A stretch of 64,000 nt of DNA from Syncephalis fuscata S228 (lineage: Eukaryota > Fungi > Zoopagomycota): NCBI GenBank assembly GCA_025786725.1, contig JAHLTZ010000002.1:310001-374000 (forward strand), read 5' to 3'. A model generated the notes under the pieces. The model searched no databases and was not told the DNA's origin. It saw only the letters and a list, made by a program, of their open reading frames with translations. Made by a program: the position numbers and the translations under genes. Shown in pieces: positions 26,473-39,040 of the stretch. Positions within the stretch are counted from its first letter, which is position 1, and each line of letters opens with the position of its first letter.

Positions 26473-28982
26473 ATGATTCGTGCGTTGGCGCGTAGTAAAA
26501 GCCTGACCACGACCAGTGCCGCCCGATCAGCTCTAGGTCAAGGTAGGTAGTTGGTAGGAATATTCGATTGACAAGCCATAGAATATACTAGCACAGTGGT
26601 AGTTAATAATCGTGCTAAATAGCTTGATCGTAAAGAATCGCGTCCATTATAGTATATATCCACCACTACTTAGTAGTTATACTATAGCGATTATCATATG
26701 TGTTTATTTAATATGGCTGATTCATCACTAATTGATTCTATTTAGCGGTTAGAGGCTTTGCCGTATCATCAAAGAGAAATGCCGAAATTGAAGTGTTTGT
26801 CGATGGCAAATCGGTGATGATTGAACAAGGCGCAGCCATTATTCAAGCTTGTGATAAGGCTAGCGTTGATATTCCACGATTCTGTTATCATGACCGTTTA
26901 GCTGTGGCTGGTAATTGCCGTATGTGCTTGGTTGAAGTAGAGCGATCACCTAAACCAGTTGCATCGTGTGCATTTCCCGTAACACCGGGCATGAAGATTA
27001 AGACAAATACACCGCTTGTACACAAGGCACGTGAAGGTGTTATGGAATTCTTACTGGCCAACCATCCATTGGACTGTCCTATTTGTGATCAAGGTGGTGA
27101 ATGCGATCTACAAGATCAGTCAATACGCTACGGTACCGATCGTGGTCGTTTTTCAGAGTTTGTTGGTAAACGGGCTGTGGAAGACAAGAATTTTGGTCCA
27201 TTGATTCGTACTGAAATGACACGTTGTATTCAGTGTACACGTTGTGTTCGATTTGCCAATGATGTGGCCGGTGCACCTGAACTGGGCACCACTGGTCGTG
27301 GCAATGATATGCAGATTGGCATGTACATCGAATCAATGTTGGACTCGGAAATGTCCGCCAATGTTATTGATTTATGTCCAGTAGGTGCACTTACTTCAAA
27401 GCCGTATACATTCACTGCACGTCCTTGGGAGTTAAAATCAACTGAATCAGTCGATGTTATGGACGCATTAGGCAGCAGTATACGCGTTGATTCACGCGGT
27501 CTTGAAGTAATGCGTGTTCTACCCCGTCTTAACGAAGAGATTAACGAGGAATGGATATCGGATAAGACCCGTTTTGCTTGTGACGGTTTAAAGCGTCAGC
27601 GTCTTACCACGCCATTGGTACGCCGTGGCGACAAATTCATGGCTGCCACTTGGCCAGAAGCGCTTGATTTGATTGCTGCTCGTGTACGACATACACGTCC
27701 TGATGAAATGCGTGCTATTGCCGGTCAACACGCTGATGCAGAAAGTATGGTTGCTCTACGTGATTGGTTCCATCGTCTTGACGCCGAAACACTTGCGGTT
27801 GAAGGCAGCAATGGCCACCGTGCACCAGCTCATGGTGCAGATCTACGTGGCAACTATCTATTTAACACGACGATTGCCGGCGTTGAACAAGCCGATCTTG
27901 TATTGTTGGTAGGCACGAATCCACGTCATGAAGCTGCCGTGCTTAACACGCGTCTACGCAAAGCTTATTTGAAAAATGAGACGGACTTTGCACTCATTGG
28001 ACCCGAGACCAAGTTAAACTATGATTATGACCACTTGGGTGCCGATTTTAAAGTACTCGATGATATTCTAGCTGGATCACATCCATTTGCTAAACGACTT
28101 GCTGAAGCACAACGGCCTATGATTATTGTAGGCAGTGGCGTAACCGAGCACGAGCATGCTGACTATGCTTATGGTCGTGTAGCCAAACTAGTTGCCCAAC
28201 ATAAAGATAAATTCCTACGTGATGATTGGAATGGTTATAATGTATTGCAACGGGTAAGTAGCTATTAGTGCATTGGGTAAATTGTATTAATATAGCTGTT
28301 TATTTATTAATTAATTAATTAACATTAGGCTGCTGGTCGAACTGCTGCTTACGATATTGGATTTGTGCCATCAACCAATGCTGCATCAAAATCATCGGCC
28401 AAGTTTGTCTATTTACTAAATGCCGACGATGTTACGACAGCTGATACACCCAAGGATGCCTTTGTGGTCTACCAAGGCCATCATGGTGATCGTGGTGCAC
28501 ATTTGGCCGATGTTATCCTGCCTGGTCTAGCCTACACAGAAAAGGATGCCACCTTTGTATCCACGGAGGGCCGTACACAAATGACCAGAGCAGCAGTGGC
28601 CGCACCAGGTGCTGCCCGTGAAGACTGGCAGATTATTCGCGCCTTATCTGAAGTAACCGGCAATGCCCTACCATACAATAGTATCGATACACTACGTCAT
28701 CGTATGGCTCAAATTGCCCCCGGACTTGTACGTCATGATACGGTTGAGACGCCAGCCTTCTTTAAACTCGGTATTGATGTATTGGCCACATCTAACGGTG
28801 CCACCTCCACTTTACCGTCATCGACCACACCACTTACGTATGTTATGGATAACTTTTATCAATCTGATCCAATTAGCCGTGCCTCTGCCACCATGGCAAA
28901 ATGTACCGCGGCATTTGTGAATGGACAAGATGGATCTGCAGCCATTGCCGATACTAATGCGGCACAAGCAGCCACTGCCTAA
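26473..28982 (+). CDS. NDUFS1: NADH:ubiquinone oxidoreductase 75/78 kDa Fe-S subunit; introns 26543-26745 and 28254-28328
   Basis: IPRFCYHDRLAVAGNCRMCLVE, HPLDCPICDQGGECDLQDQS, RCIQCTRCVRF, DLCPVGAL. Confidence 0.97.
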
Positions 28983-29159
28983 ATGATGGCCACAGTAATT
29001 ATGGTGGTGGTGGCAAGATAGGTGGATGAATAATACAGTTATTACACTGATATTATTATTACTGCGCGTATCTAACAAATAATTCAATGAATTAGTTTTT
29101 ATAATTGAAATTAAAGCAACATATTCTATACTCTTATTAATTTTGTTTATTTAATTTGG

Positions 29160-30503
29160 TTGAATTGCACTTTGAGGTTCTATTCTTAAACTAAACAAAA
29201 AGATCATAACTCGAATGATAAATCGTCGATCCGTTTTTACTACTGAAAGTGGTATTTGTTGAAGCAGTGCCATATCAACTTTGATTGAATTAATTAGTGT
29301 TAATTAATCTGCGCAATTTTCAATATCAAAATAGATATTAAATAGTATTCATGCTACTTACAATAAATGTTACATTTAATTATGATGTTGATGCAACAGT
29401 GTCGGTTTGATTTCTTGTAGTAATAGACGGTAAAAAATCAGAAGACCTTGGTTCACCAATGGCCATTATACTGAATATACTGTGCATGTTTCTGCTGGCA
29501 TTAACATCGCATTATTTATTCATTCATTTAAACTATTGGTCTATTGCTTCATCTCTAGAATATAACTATATTTCATTATTTTAATAATGATACTTCTATG
29601 ACTACACTTGTCTTTAAGAAACATTGGCTTGATTGCATTTCCTATTACACTCAGTAATTTATTGGCAGTATGCTCTATAACAACGACGTTTAATATTAAA
29701 TGGCTTTAATGTTTTTATTATACATTATTCTACTGATAAACGTTTTATACAATAACTTGAATAGTAAACCGTCAATCAGTTTTTGCTACTAAGAAGTGTT
29801 ATTGTCGATGCAGTGCTACGCCAAATTTATTTTAATAATCCAATAGTAAGTAGCAGATGATTCAAGTATTGTTTGCTGGTGCAATTACAACTATTAAACT
29901 TCACTTTGACTTCCACATTTGGAGTCCTCAAAGCAAAATTCGTTCCAATTCAAGTCGTACTGTTATGCACAACAAACGCAAGTATAATGTTTTCATTTGA
30001 CTACTTTGCAATTCACGAGGCCAATTGTTGTTGTTGGCCATGCATAGGAAGATTGATTGAATGTTAATAGAAGCCATTGATTGCAATTCCATGCCATTCT
30101 GCATGTGTTGTTGCATCTATGTACATCATTGATTATTACGTCTGAATGGTTTCTTCTATTTTCTAATATTCTACTGTTGCATCTTGGGCATATTTGTAAT
30201 GTAAGATACTCGTCTATGGTGACAAAAAGGTAGGACGACTAGCGTTTCTAATGTTCACCATTCTCTTGAACATTCTTGGTATCAACTTGGTAGGCGCAGT
30301 TTATTTGCCGGCCATTGATGAATCAAATAACCTCCACCATATGCAATAATGTTTTTTATTAATGTTCAAGTACGCATGCTATTTATATTGTTATATCCAA
30401 CATTATCATGTAATATATTATTGAATAAAACAATAATATAACGATAAGAAAAAGAGTATGAAATGAGTAAATAAAAATGTAGGAGTCAAAGTACAGTAGC
30501 TCC
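29160..30503 (-). mobile_element. Fanzor-bearing DNA transposon relic, copy 2 (most complete)
   Basis: Terminal motif 30475-30503, inverted counterpart at 29898-29920 (19/23 match) and a degenerate one at ~29161-29181; contains Fanzor pseudo-ORF; repeated at 2185-3395 and 53863-54312. Confidence 0.82.
29985..30350 (-). pseudogene. Fanzor (TnpB-like RNA-guided endonuclease) C-terminal RuvC-II/Zn-finger/RuvC-III fragment
   Basis: Minus strand across 3 frameshifts and 1 stop: IIAYGGG/FDSSMAGK*TAPTKLIPRMFKRMVNIRNASRPTF/VTIDEYLTLQICPRCNSRILENRRNHSDVIINDVHRCNNTCRMAWNCN/MASINIQSIFLCMANNNNWPREL. Confidence 0.85.
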
Positions 30504-30561
30504 TTTAATTAATTAATTTATTTTATTGTGTTCTCTTTTAAGTTGCTGTTATTGTTGTACT

Positions 30562-32189
30562 ATGTCACTCGAAGTATTCTGGGATAAACTTGACCGTGAG
30601 GTCGCTCTTATGGCCCAGGAATTACTTAATAGTCGGTTCCGTAGTGCGCCAAAGCCTGATATTATTGGCGATTTAGTATGTACACATCTCGATTTCGGTT
30701 CACAACCACCTGAAATAGAGATTGTTGACGTAACGGACCCATTTCCCGAGTTCTACTTGCCTGATCCCCAGCATACTTTATCGATTCGTCGTAACGATGT
30801 TATTGTAGATTCAACTACAACTACACCTAATATGGACAATAACTATGAAGCACACCACTATCATAGTTATAACTATGAGAATGTAGATACAAGCCATGAA
30901 CAATACCAACACCAAGCACAGACATCGTTACCACTTCATGATAATGGATTGGCAGTCTATACAGTTCTACCAACTTCTGGACACCACTCTCCACATAACA
31001 ATGGACAGCATAAATCAGTAACAGCAACGACTAATAATACAGGATGGCCATTGCCAACTAGTGGTGACAATTCTTTTCATGATGAAATGAATGGACCGTT
31101 AATGAATACTGAATCTACTGGCTATCATTTATTGAATCAAAATGAACCGTCTACAGCAATGCCATATACAGCATATGAGCAACATTTAATAGCAGAAGAA
31201 TTGCCTAATCAATTAGAGGCAACAGTAAGTGATGCATTAATGGAACAGAATCATGAAGAGGATAGAATACAGCACACATTACCAGATACCTATCATACAT
31301 CGCCTATAACAGCAGTGCATAGTTCACCATTATATACAGCACATAATGAAGGTTTATATTCAAATGGTTCATATGTTAATACACCAACCACTATAGTGGC
31401 CGGATCATCATCGGGCATGGTTGTTGGACCGGAGAAGAGAGACAGTGATGTACAAGTACAGGTTAAAATAGCTTATGAAGGGAATCTACAATTAACCATT
31501 GCAACTGAATTACGACTTAATTTTCCATCTATGGCTTTTCTGTCATTGCCTATTGAATTGACAGTAACATCATTTTCATTTTCTGGCAAGTAGTGTATGA
31601 GTTGTGTTATAGCACCTTTAGTAATGTCTTAATAATATCAATAGGTACAGCAGTAATTGCCTATCTACATGATAGAGTCAATTTCTGCTTCATGGAACCA
31701 GACGAACCGGGACAAAGTTTAATTAAGGATTTACGTGTTGAATCACAGATTGGCGATGCACGTAAACATGGTAAGTAGTAATTAAATGTACAATATGAAT
31801 ACTAATGTTTTACCGTCTATAGTACTCAAAAATGTGGGCAAGGTTGAAAAATTTGTTGTTGATTTATTACGACAAATTATTGATCAAGACTTGGTATTTC
31901 CATGCTATAGTTCAGTTGATTTAGTTGGACCCGAGACAAACGAGGGTGAAGGTGAAGAAGACGAAGATGAGGACGTGGATGATGAAGACGAGGATGAGGA
32001 TGAAGATGAAGGCATGCCTATGGAAATGCTAGGCCACATCCAGATATTTTATTATATGGACATTATGTAGATCAGCCATTAAATAACTTTTATCAACCAT
32101 CTACTTCACTATCGGGTACACCATTCGCTGTTGTATCTTCACCGCTTAATGAGTCACCGATAATGGACCCTGATGCGGTGGATGATTAG
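30562..32189 (+). CDS. MDM12: ERMES complex SMP-domain subunit Mdm12; introns ~31586-31644 (GC-AG) and ~31771-31822; C-terminus uncertain (32070, or 32189 with frameshift)
   Basis: MSLEVFWDKL...FGSQPPEIEIVDVTDPFPEFY...NFPSMAFLSLPIELTVT...ESQIGD...LKNVGKVEKFV...LVFP. Confidence 0.92.
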
Positions 32190-32534
32190 AGATGTTTATT
32201 TGTTTTATTATTCTAATGTATATGTATTAATAAATTGAATAACAATGCTATAGTGTTACAACTACTTGATTTATATAATAGCGATATTCTAATTTATAAT
32301 TTTGCTATGTTATATTAGTTAACTTTTTTACATATTTTATTTCTTTTAATATCTTCCACGTTAGAATATAAATAATAGCGAAGCTATGCGTAGGCGATTA
32401 AGTACAATGAATTAAACCATAGCAAATAAAGTAGTGACAAACAAATACTAATTTTAAATAGGCTGTGCTCATTGTATAATCAGTCAATACACGATATAAT
32501 AAATACATAATAAAAATAATGTAAGTAAATGGTG

Positions 32535-32695
32535 GACATATGCATACTGATAATGAATCTATGATGATGAATATTTGATGATTGATGTCACTCACCACCA
32601 TCATCATGTTCAATAGATGGATGTTATTAATGTTAGTTATTTGTCCTTTAAATCATACTAAATGATTAATAAATTGGTAATAAAATACATTAATG
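32535..32695. repeat. Second dispersed repeat family fragment (partner ~49545-49795; weak inverted match ~3487-3530)
   Basis: Shared blocks catcatgttcaatagat..tgttattaa and aaatcata.taaatga.taat.aattggt. Confidence 0.6.
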
Positions 32696-32895
32696 ATAAT
32701 ATGTCAATTTTAAGCAGTTTATAACATTGAATATTTGCTTGGTACTTTAATGAGCTATTTAAGTTGGATATTCAATATATGTTATATAGCATTTATTTAT
32801 ATAAAACGTTTGCATGTTTTTTTTTATCTAGAACAAATAAGCCTCGTAAATAACATCGTTGCAAGAATCAATGCGACTAATAATATTGCTTGATC

Positions 32896-35285
32896 CTACA
32901 TATTGGAATAGTCATCTTCATCATTAGTGCTTGCAGCTGGTAAAGATTCTACTTTAATGAGGCCCAAAAACTCATTTTCAATTTTGTTTCTATCTCTTTC
33001 ACTAGCAATACACGCTGGTGGTTTGTAAATGCGACCAGTGTGCATATCAATAAACCGAATTTTGTTAGGGTTCCAGATAAACAACTCGCATAGAGATCCA
33101 AGCAAAGGAGTAACTTTAATGGTATCTATACATGCAATTGAGCGTAGTAAAGTTCCATCTCTTGCATCTAATATATCGAACTTTGATTTGGCATGGAAAC
33201 TATCAGCTTCTTACTGTAAATGTTTGTAATAGTACTGTCAACTATATATCGGCTCCATAATACATACCCTTGATCAGAGTTATTGATTGGCCATAATTGA
33301 TCATAATCTCTGGCGTCAAATAGTGCTTGTGGTGAAGTGTTTAAAGCATTTTTTCCAAATATAAAAAACAATAATAAAACATCAATTGTTTTACCGTGAA
33401 TGTAATTTGGTTCTCTGTCTGGATTATATATTTTAATTAGACACATCTTTCTGTATATGTGACAATATTAATTCCGGCGTTTGGCCAGTATGGAATAGCG
33501 ATTTGACCTGATAATATGCCCTTGCTTCTCAACTGGCCCTTTTGGGCTTCAGCTAGTTCCCACTGGATGTATAATGATTGATTACCATCTTCGACAGTTT
33601 GTGAATCCTGAATAGCCATGAAAGTAGAAGCAATGTCAAATTTTCCAATGTCGTGTATTACTGTGCACGTTAAAAACTGACATTTGTCACGAGAAGCAAA
33701 CTGAATACAACCAGACGTATTATAATCGTCTAATTGTGATTCTTTTATCCATTGATTGCCATCTAAATTAAATAGATCAAATTGATGGTGTGGATATTGT
33801 GGATATTTAGTATATAGAAGTATCCATTCATTATAAATGTCAGAAAAGTAATTTTCGACATCTTCTATCATGTCTTGATGACCACATTCAAGATAAATAA
33901 TATAAGGATATGGATTACCAGCAGTAGGCCACACTAAAATGGCTACTCGATCACTACTTTCTCGTTTATCTAAAGATGTACTTGTCAGGAATATATTAGA
34001 ATAGACACCAAAAACAGTAAAAATTTTGTTTTCAGTTTCTCTGATGTATTGTGCTTCTAGTTCATCCAAATTTACTATTTTTAATGGCATTAATTTTTAA
34101 GATAATTATTTTCTTTAATGATTGTTACTTACATATTTTATCTCCAGGAATTACAGCCTTTACATCATTACACGTATTTATAGTAACAATAGCTACAGCA
34201 AACCGATGCAACCCATAGGTATAATGAACGTGGGCTGCTTCTTTAAATAAAAACGATGATAAATCAATAGGCATTGGTTTATAAACCAGTTTCTTTTTAT
34301 TGTGCTTATTCTTCTTGTTAAAGCTGTTGTGCTGGATTAACCAAAAACCATCTTCAATATTGTATATCAATGCATACCAAGGATTTACGCTGAATAGACT
34401 AAATTCAGTGGATGTAGAATCCGGCACTTTGCAGATTTTCTTTTTGAGTCGTCCCGCCATAAAATTGCGCTCAGTCTGACAGCGCCGTTGATAAGCGTAG
34501 AATCAATGAGTAGTTTCGAAATTAGGGGTGTACTGTGAATAGCTAGCAGGCAATGCATATTCATTATCATCACTATTGACATTTTTACTATCAGGCGATA
34601 ATGAGCGTTTTCTTTTTTTTGGTTTAAATTAAATGTAAAGCCTTTGAATTTGGGTATAGTGTCGATGTACCAATTATACTGTTACAATAGCAAAGTTTAT
34701 GATTTTGTAAGCTTGCTAAGCAACCTAAATAGGAGAGAGAGCAATAAGGGTAGCTTAGTCAGTTTTTAATTGTTTAAATCAATAAATAATATTAATTTAA
34801 TAGCTTAACAACTTTTGTTACCAATAAATAGCTTTATTTAGTAATTTAAACAGAAGTCTCAACTGTGTAAATCTGAAAATAAGCTAAAAGTAATTGGAAG
34901 TAGAAAAAGTTGTTTATTTAATGTTTGACCGGCAGCATTAAGTATTTATAATGCTGTCGGCAATTAAAATGGAGAGTCAGGCAAAGGACCCTGACGAGAA
35001 AAGCTTAATTTGAGTACAACGAAGCTTAAATGAACTTTGTTGAATTATGTAATTTAAGCAACAGTAACAATACCATGTAAGCCATCCCTGTTCACGCCGA
35101 TCACCTAATGGAAATTTCTTCTTATATTGCCGCTCCCAATAAACTGGTCGACCAACTATCGTCTGACGAATAAGCCGAGAACTGTTGGCAAAAAGTATCA
35201 GTTCTTTACTATCCATAAATTTACATAAATGTAGTAAAATGTCATAGTTTTGCCACAAACGCTCACTATGGTTATCTGAAGACAT
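32896..35285 (-). pseudogene. Fragmented F-box-like protein gene
   Basis: N-terminal LWQNYDILLHLCKFMDSKELILFANSSRLIRQTI...YWERQYKKKFP is F-box-like; downstream ORF chain broken by frameshifts and an AT-rich stretch. Confidence 0.6.
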
Positions 35286-36819
35286 GGTTGACTAAAATAG
35301 TTGTGCTAAGTTGTTATGTAATAGAGAAGATAAACAGTAATTATAGTAAACTAGCAAATAGCACTTGTAAGCATATAAGATGTTCAATAATGATAAAATG
35401 ACTTGTTTATTCTTTATTGTTAGAAAGATATGATCAGCTATATAGTTATTTTCTGTGTGAGTAGGGGAGAAAACGATTAGAATATGATAAAAAACGTGCA
35501 GATCTGATTTTTCAACATGTCAAAAACCGAATGATTTGTATCATCAATTATGGTAATAGTAGACGTAAGTAGAAACAAATACCATACATGATAGTAGGCT
35601 TTTTTATTCTATTTACAACACAATGAGTATTGATATTATTTATTTTTATTTGAAATGGATATTGAAATTACAAAGTCATAGTTGTAAAAACTGTCCAAAA
35701 ACTTAATTATTACAATATTGCTATATAATTAGTTGACATCTATTGTTTGCTATTTATCATATTATATATATTATTTATACATGGCTATATGCTTTCAAGT
35801 TTAAAGGAAAAAAACAATATGATAACATAAATTGTATGCTGTGATGCTAATATTTGTGAATTAATACTGATGCCAGTTGACATCAAAACTATTCATTAGC
35901 ATAGAATATACCATTAGCAAAATAATAAATGTCTGTCATTTTAATTTATATTTTCATACATTTATATACGACTATAGCTGTTATTTTTTGTAGTAATGTT
36001 AGAGTTTATTACGCTGTTGTGTATCGTTAATATCATGTTTGAACAATGTTTATTTTAAAGCAATCAATCTAACTGCTATTATTTATTTAGCATTTTTTTT
36101 CGGCAAAGCGGGCTTTTTTCTTCTTTCCTATAATAATAGTAATCCATATACCATTGTTACCATTTTGAATATTGCATTTTTATTTAGAAGGCCACTAGCT
36201 ATTCATTTCATTAGCTTTTGTCTTTCGGTATCTATTTTTATTATTTAGCGATAAAATAATGGATGAATAAAACAGCATAAAGACAAGTTTAATTATTGAA
36301 CAAAATCAATTGCTTGACCATACGTCGTGTCTTGTTGTTTTCTCGTTTTACTGGTAAATACTAACAGGTATATTTTTCTCGCGACACACATACAACTATA
36401 AATTAACTTGCTATCTATTCTCTCTACTGCTCTTGGCAAAAAGCGAATTTTAAATAGTTGTGCACACTATGCTGAAGAAACTAGAAATGCCTTTGTATAA
36501 CAAACATGTTTTACCTATTTTATTAGTAGAGCTGCTAACTATATCATTATAAATTTACCCGTTATTCAGTAGTTACTATCAATAAGAAGTACTTAATAAA
36601 ATAACATATATATCTGTGTACTTTTATATGGTTGTAATCTTTAATTTATTTTATATTTGGCACAAACTAGTTTATTAGTTATTTTTAAACACTTTTATTA
36701 ACTGTATTCAATAGAGTAACAGAAATGCTTGTATTTAATTAGCTCAATAACCACGTTTAATAATTGCTATCTTGGCTGTACAAATAATAAGTAATACTAT
36801 TAGAAAACACCATTTGCTC

Positions 36820-37703
36820 TTACCGATCATAGTTAGCACCTAATTAAATTGTGGCATAAATATTAATAACTTGCTGATTAACTAACTAACAATTGTATGC
36901 TATCCTACCTGATGCTTTACGCAGTTCCAATTTAACATCATCCTCGTTCAAATCGGCTAGTGTGCTAGCATCCCACTTGACAGCTACATGATTGATAATT
37001 TCATTGACATCTGATAGATGAATCTGATAGAATACAATTTATAGCACAATAAGATTGCTATTTACAATTAAATGAACCCACTTACGCTCATCTTGGCTTT
37101 ACGCATCACACCAACGCCCTCACCACACCAGCAAATAAGCAAGAATTTGGCACGCTTTGACAGCTCATCGTTTGAAATAGTCATGCTAATAATTAATAAA
37201 TTAATATATATATATAAATACTATTTATGCGCCTGTCACTCACCGGACATAAGCATATCCGGCTTGATCGCGTTTTAAATGCGTTTTCAATTCCGCAAGA
37301 CCTTCCGTGCCTACACAAACCATTAAACGTTATTTAATACAAACCATTAATAAAACTTCTATTTCCTTATTAATTACCTGTAGCAGCCACTGTAAGTGAG
37401 TCAGATTTGGGACCTTCATATTGCAACAAAAGCCTATACGTAGCAGAATGAATATCGAGTTGATAAGTAAAAAAAGCATAGCAATTTCAATAGAATTTAC
37501 CAATTAGTCTCGGACGCGTCTATATCGTAAATAATAGTCGTATAAGTTCACATATTGGTTGGGATATTGTAAAAGGCCACCTACCAGAGCGGACTGTCTC
37601 GTACGCTTCCCTAATAGCTTCAGCCTACCAATATTGCAGCCGTTAGTGAATTAGCTAGCTAAAGTAGCAAATAATAACTTACATTTGTCTCAATACTCGC
37701 CAT
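36820..37703 (-). CDS. Coactosin-like ADF-H actin-binding protein, about 8 exons (not in ORF track)
   Basis: Spliced: MASIETN-AEAIREAYETVRS-DASETNW-LLLQYEG...GYAYVR-MTISNDELSKRAKFLLICWCGEGVGVMRKAKMSV...ELRKAS-GANYDR*. Confidence 0.85.
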
Positions 37704-37914
37704 AGTTAACGATAGTAATGTTTTAGACAACAGTAAAGATGAACAAAGTAGTTGGGGGCACGGACGAGAAAGAAAGATGATGAAGACGCGACCAAGCGGA
37801 GAACGTAGCGTGAATGTGGTGTTAGGAAAGTCCAGGCGACAGCTTCACGTGGCACCCTTTCTTTTTGTCTCTACTGTGCATCGAACAACCAAGCGAGCGT
37901 GCACCACTCTAATT

Positions 37915-39040
37915 ATGTCTGAACAAACGGTAGGTTTATAAGTAGCACGTTAATGATCACCGCGTATTAGTTCACTAATTCATGACTATGGGTCGTTTTA
38001 GCACTCGTCTTTTGAACCCACGTCTACATGGTATTCAGACGCACGCCACTACTGGGAGGTAATCTAAAGAAAAAGATAAAAAACGTTTTATTTATTATTT
38101 TGTTGTTTAACACCATAAGAGTGTACCCTCGACTGTTGAAGGAATGCTTGGCGGCTATGGCCGACTGACCGACCTTGATGTGCGCGACTCTATCTGGTTT
38201 CTCGACGAGTTTGTCCATGGAAAAGTGGGTGCACGCGGTCGTCAACTAACAGAACCGCGTATTAGTACTGAGCTGGCGTGTGGTAAGTAACATCATTACA
38301 ATTAATTAACTTTTTACGATGGATATGTATTTATTTATTCTGACTTGACTAGATTGTGGTGCAGGCATTGGCCGTGTTACAAAGAATCTTTTATTAAAGC
38401 TTTTCAATCGTGTCGATTTAGTAGAATGCACAAAAAAGTTTCTTGACCAAGCACGCAGCGGTCTATTAAAAGAAGAAGCAGAGGCAGGTCGTATTGATCG
38501 GTATATCCATTCAGGATTAGAAAAGTTCTGTCCTGATCCACAACGCTATGATTTAATATGGTGTCAATGGGTACTTAATTATCTAACCGATGGTAGGATA
38601 ATTTAAAATGGCTACATATCTATACTAGCTAATTAATAATCAATGATGTATTGATAATAGGCGACCTTGTACTATTTCTGCAACGATGCATGGTTGGATT
38701 GAAGCCTAATGGCATTATTGGTATTAAAGAAAACTGTGCCGTATCCGAATATGTCGTAGATAGTGAAGATAGCAGTGTTACACGGTAAGTATTTCTTAAT
38801 TGTTGCTTATAAAGTATACACTTTTACTAACTATCCATCATAAGATCGGATGCAGTATTTAGATCGATATTTAAACGAGCAGGCTTGGAAATAATCAAAG
38901 AGACTGTTCAATCCAATTTTCCTGGTGACTTATTCACCGTCAAAATGTAAGCAGTAAAATGAATAATAGTAACAATAATAGATCAACACGCTTATAATTA
39001 TGATAGGTATGCCTTGGCACCTGCTACTTCAACTATTTAA
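37915..39040 (+). CDS. NTM1: Alpha-N-terminal protein methyltransferase (Ntm1/Tae1), multi-exon
   Basis: DCGAGIGRVTKNLL, VDLVE, YDLIWCQWVLNYLTD, IKEN, DSEDSSVTRS, LFTVKMYAL. Confidence 0.92.

Noticed and set aside
29149-29157. tttaatt flanks as a firm target-site duplication for copy 2
   Set aside because: Short, imperfect and in very AT-rich DNA; the left boundary is degenerate, so it cannot be distinguished from chance
29206-29838. CRISPR array
   Set aside because: Only two diverged ~90-nt units ~550 nt apart; no regular repeat-spacer periodicity and no cas genes; eukaryotic context
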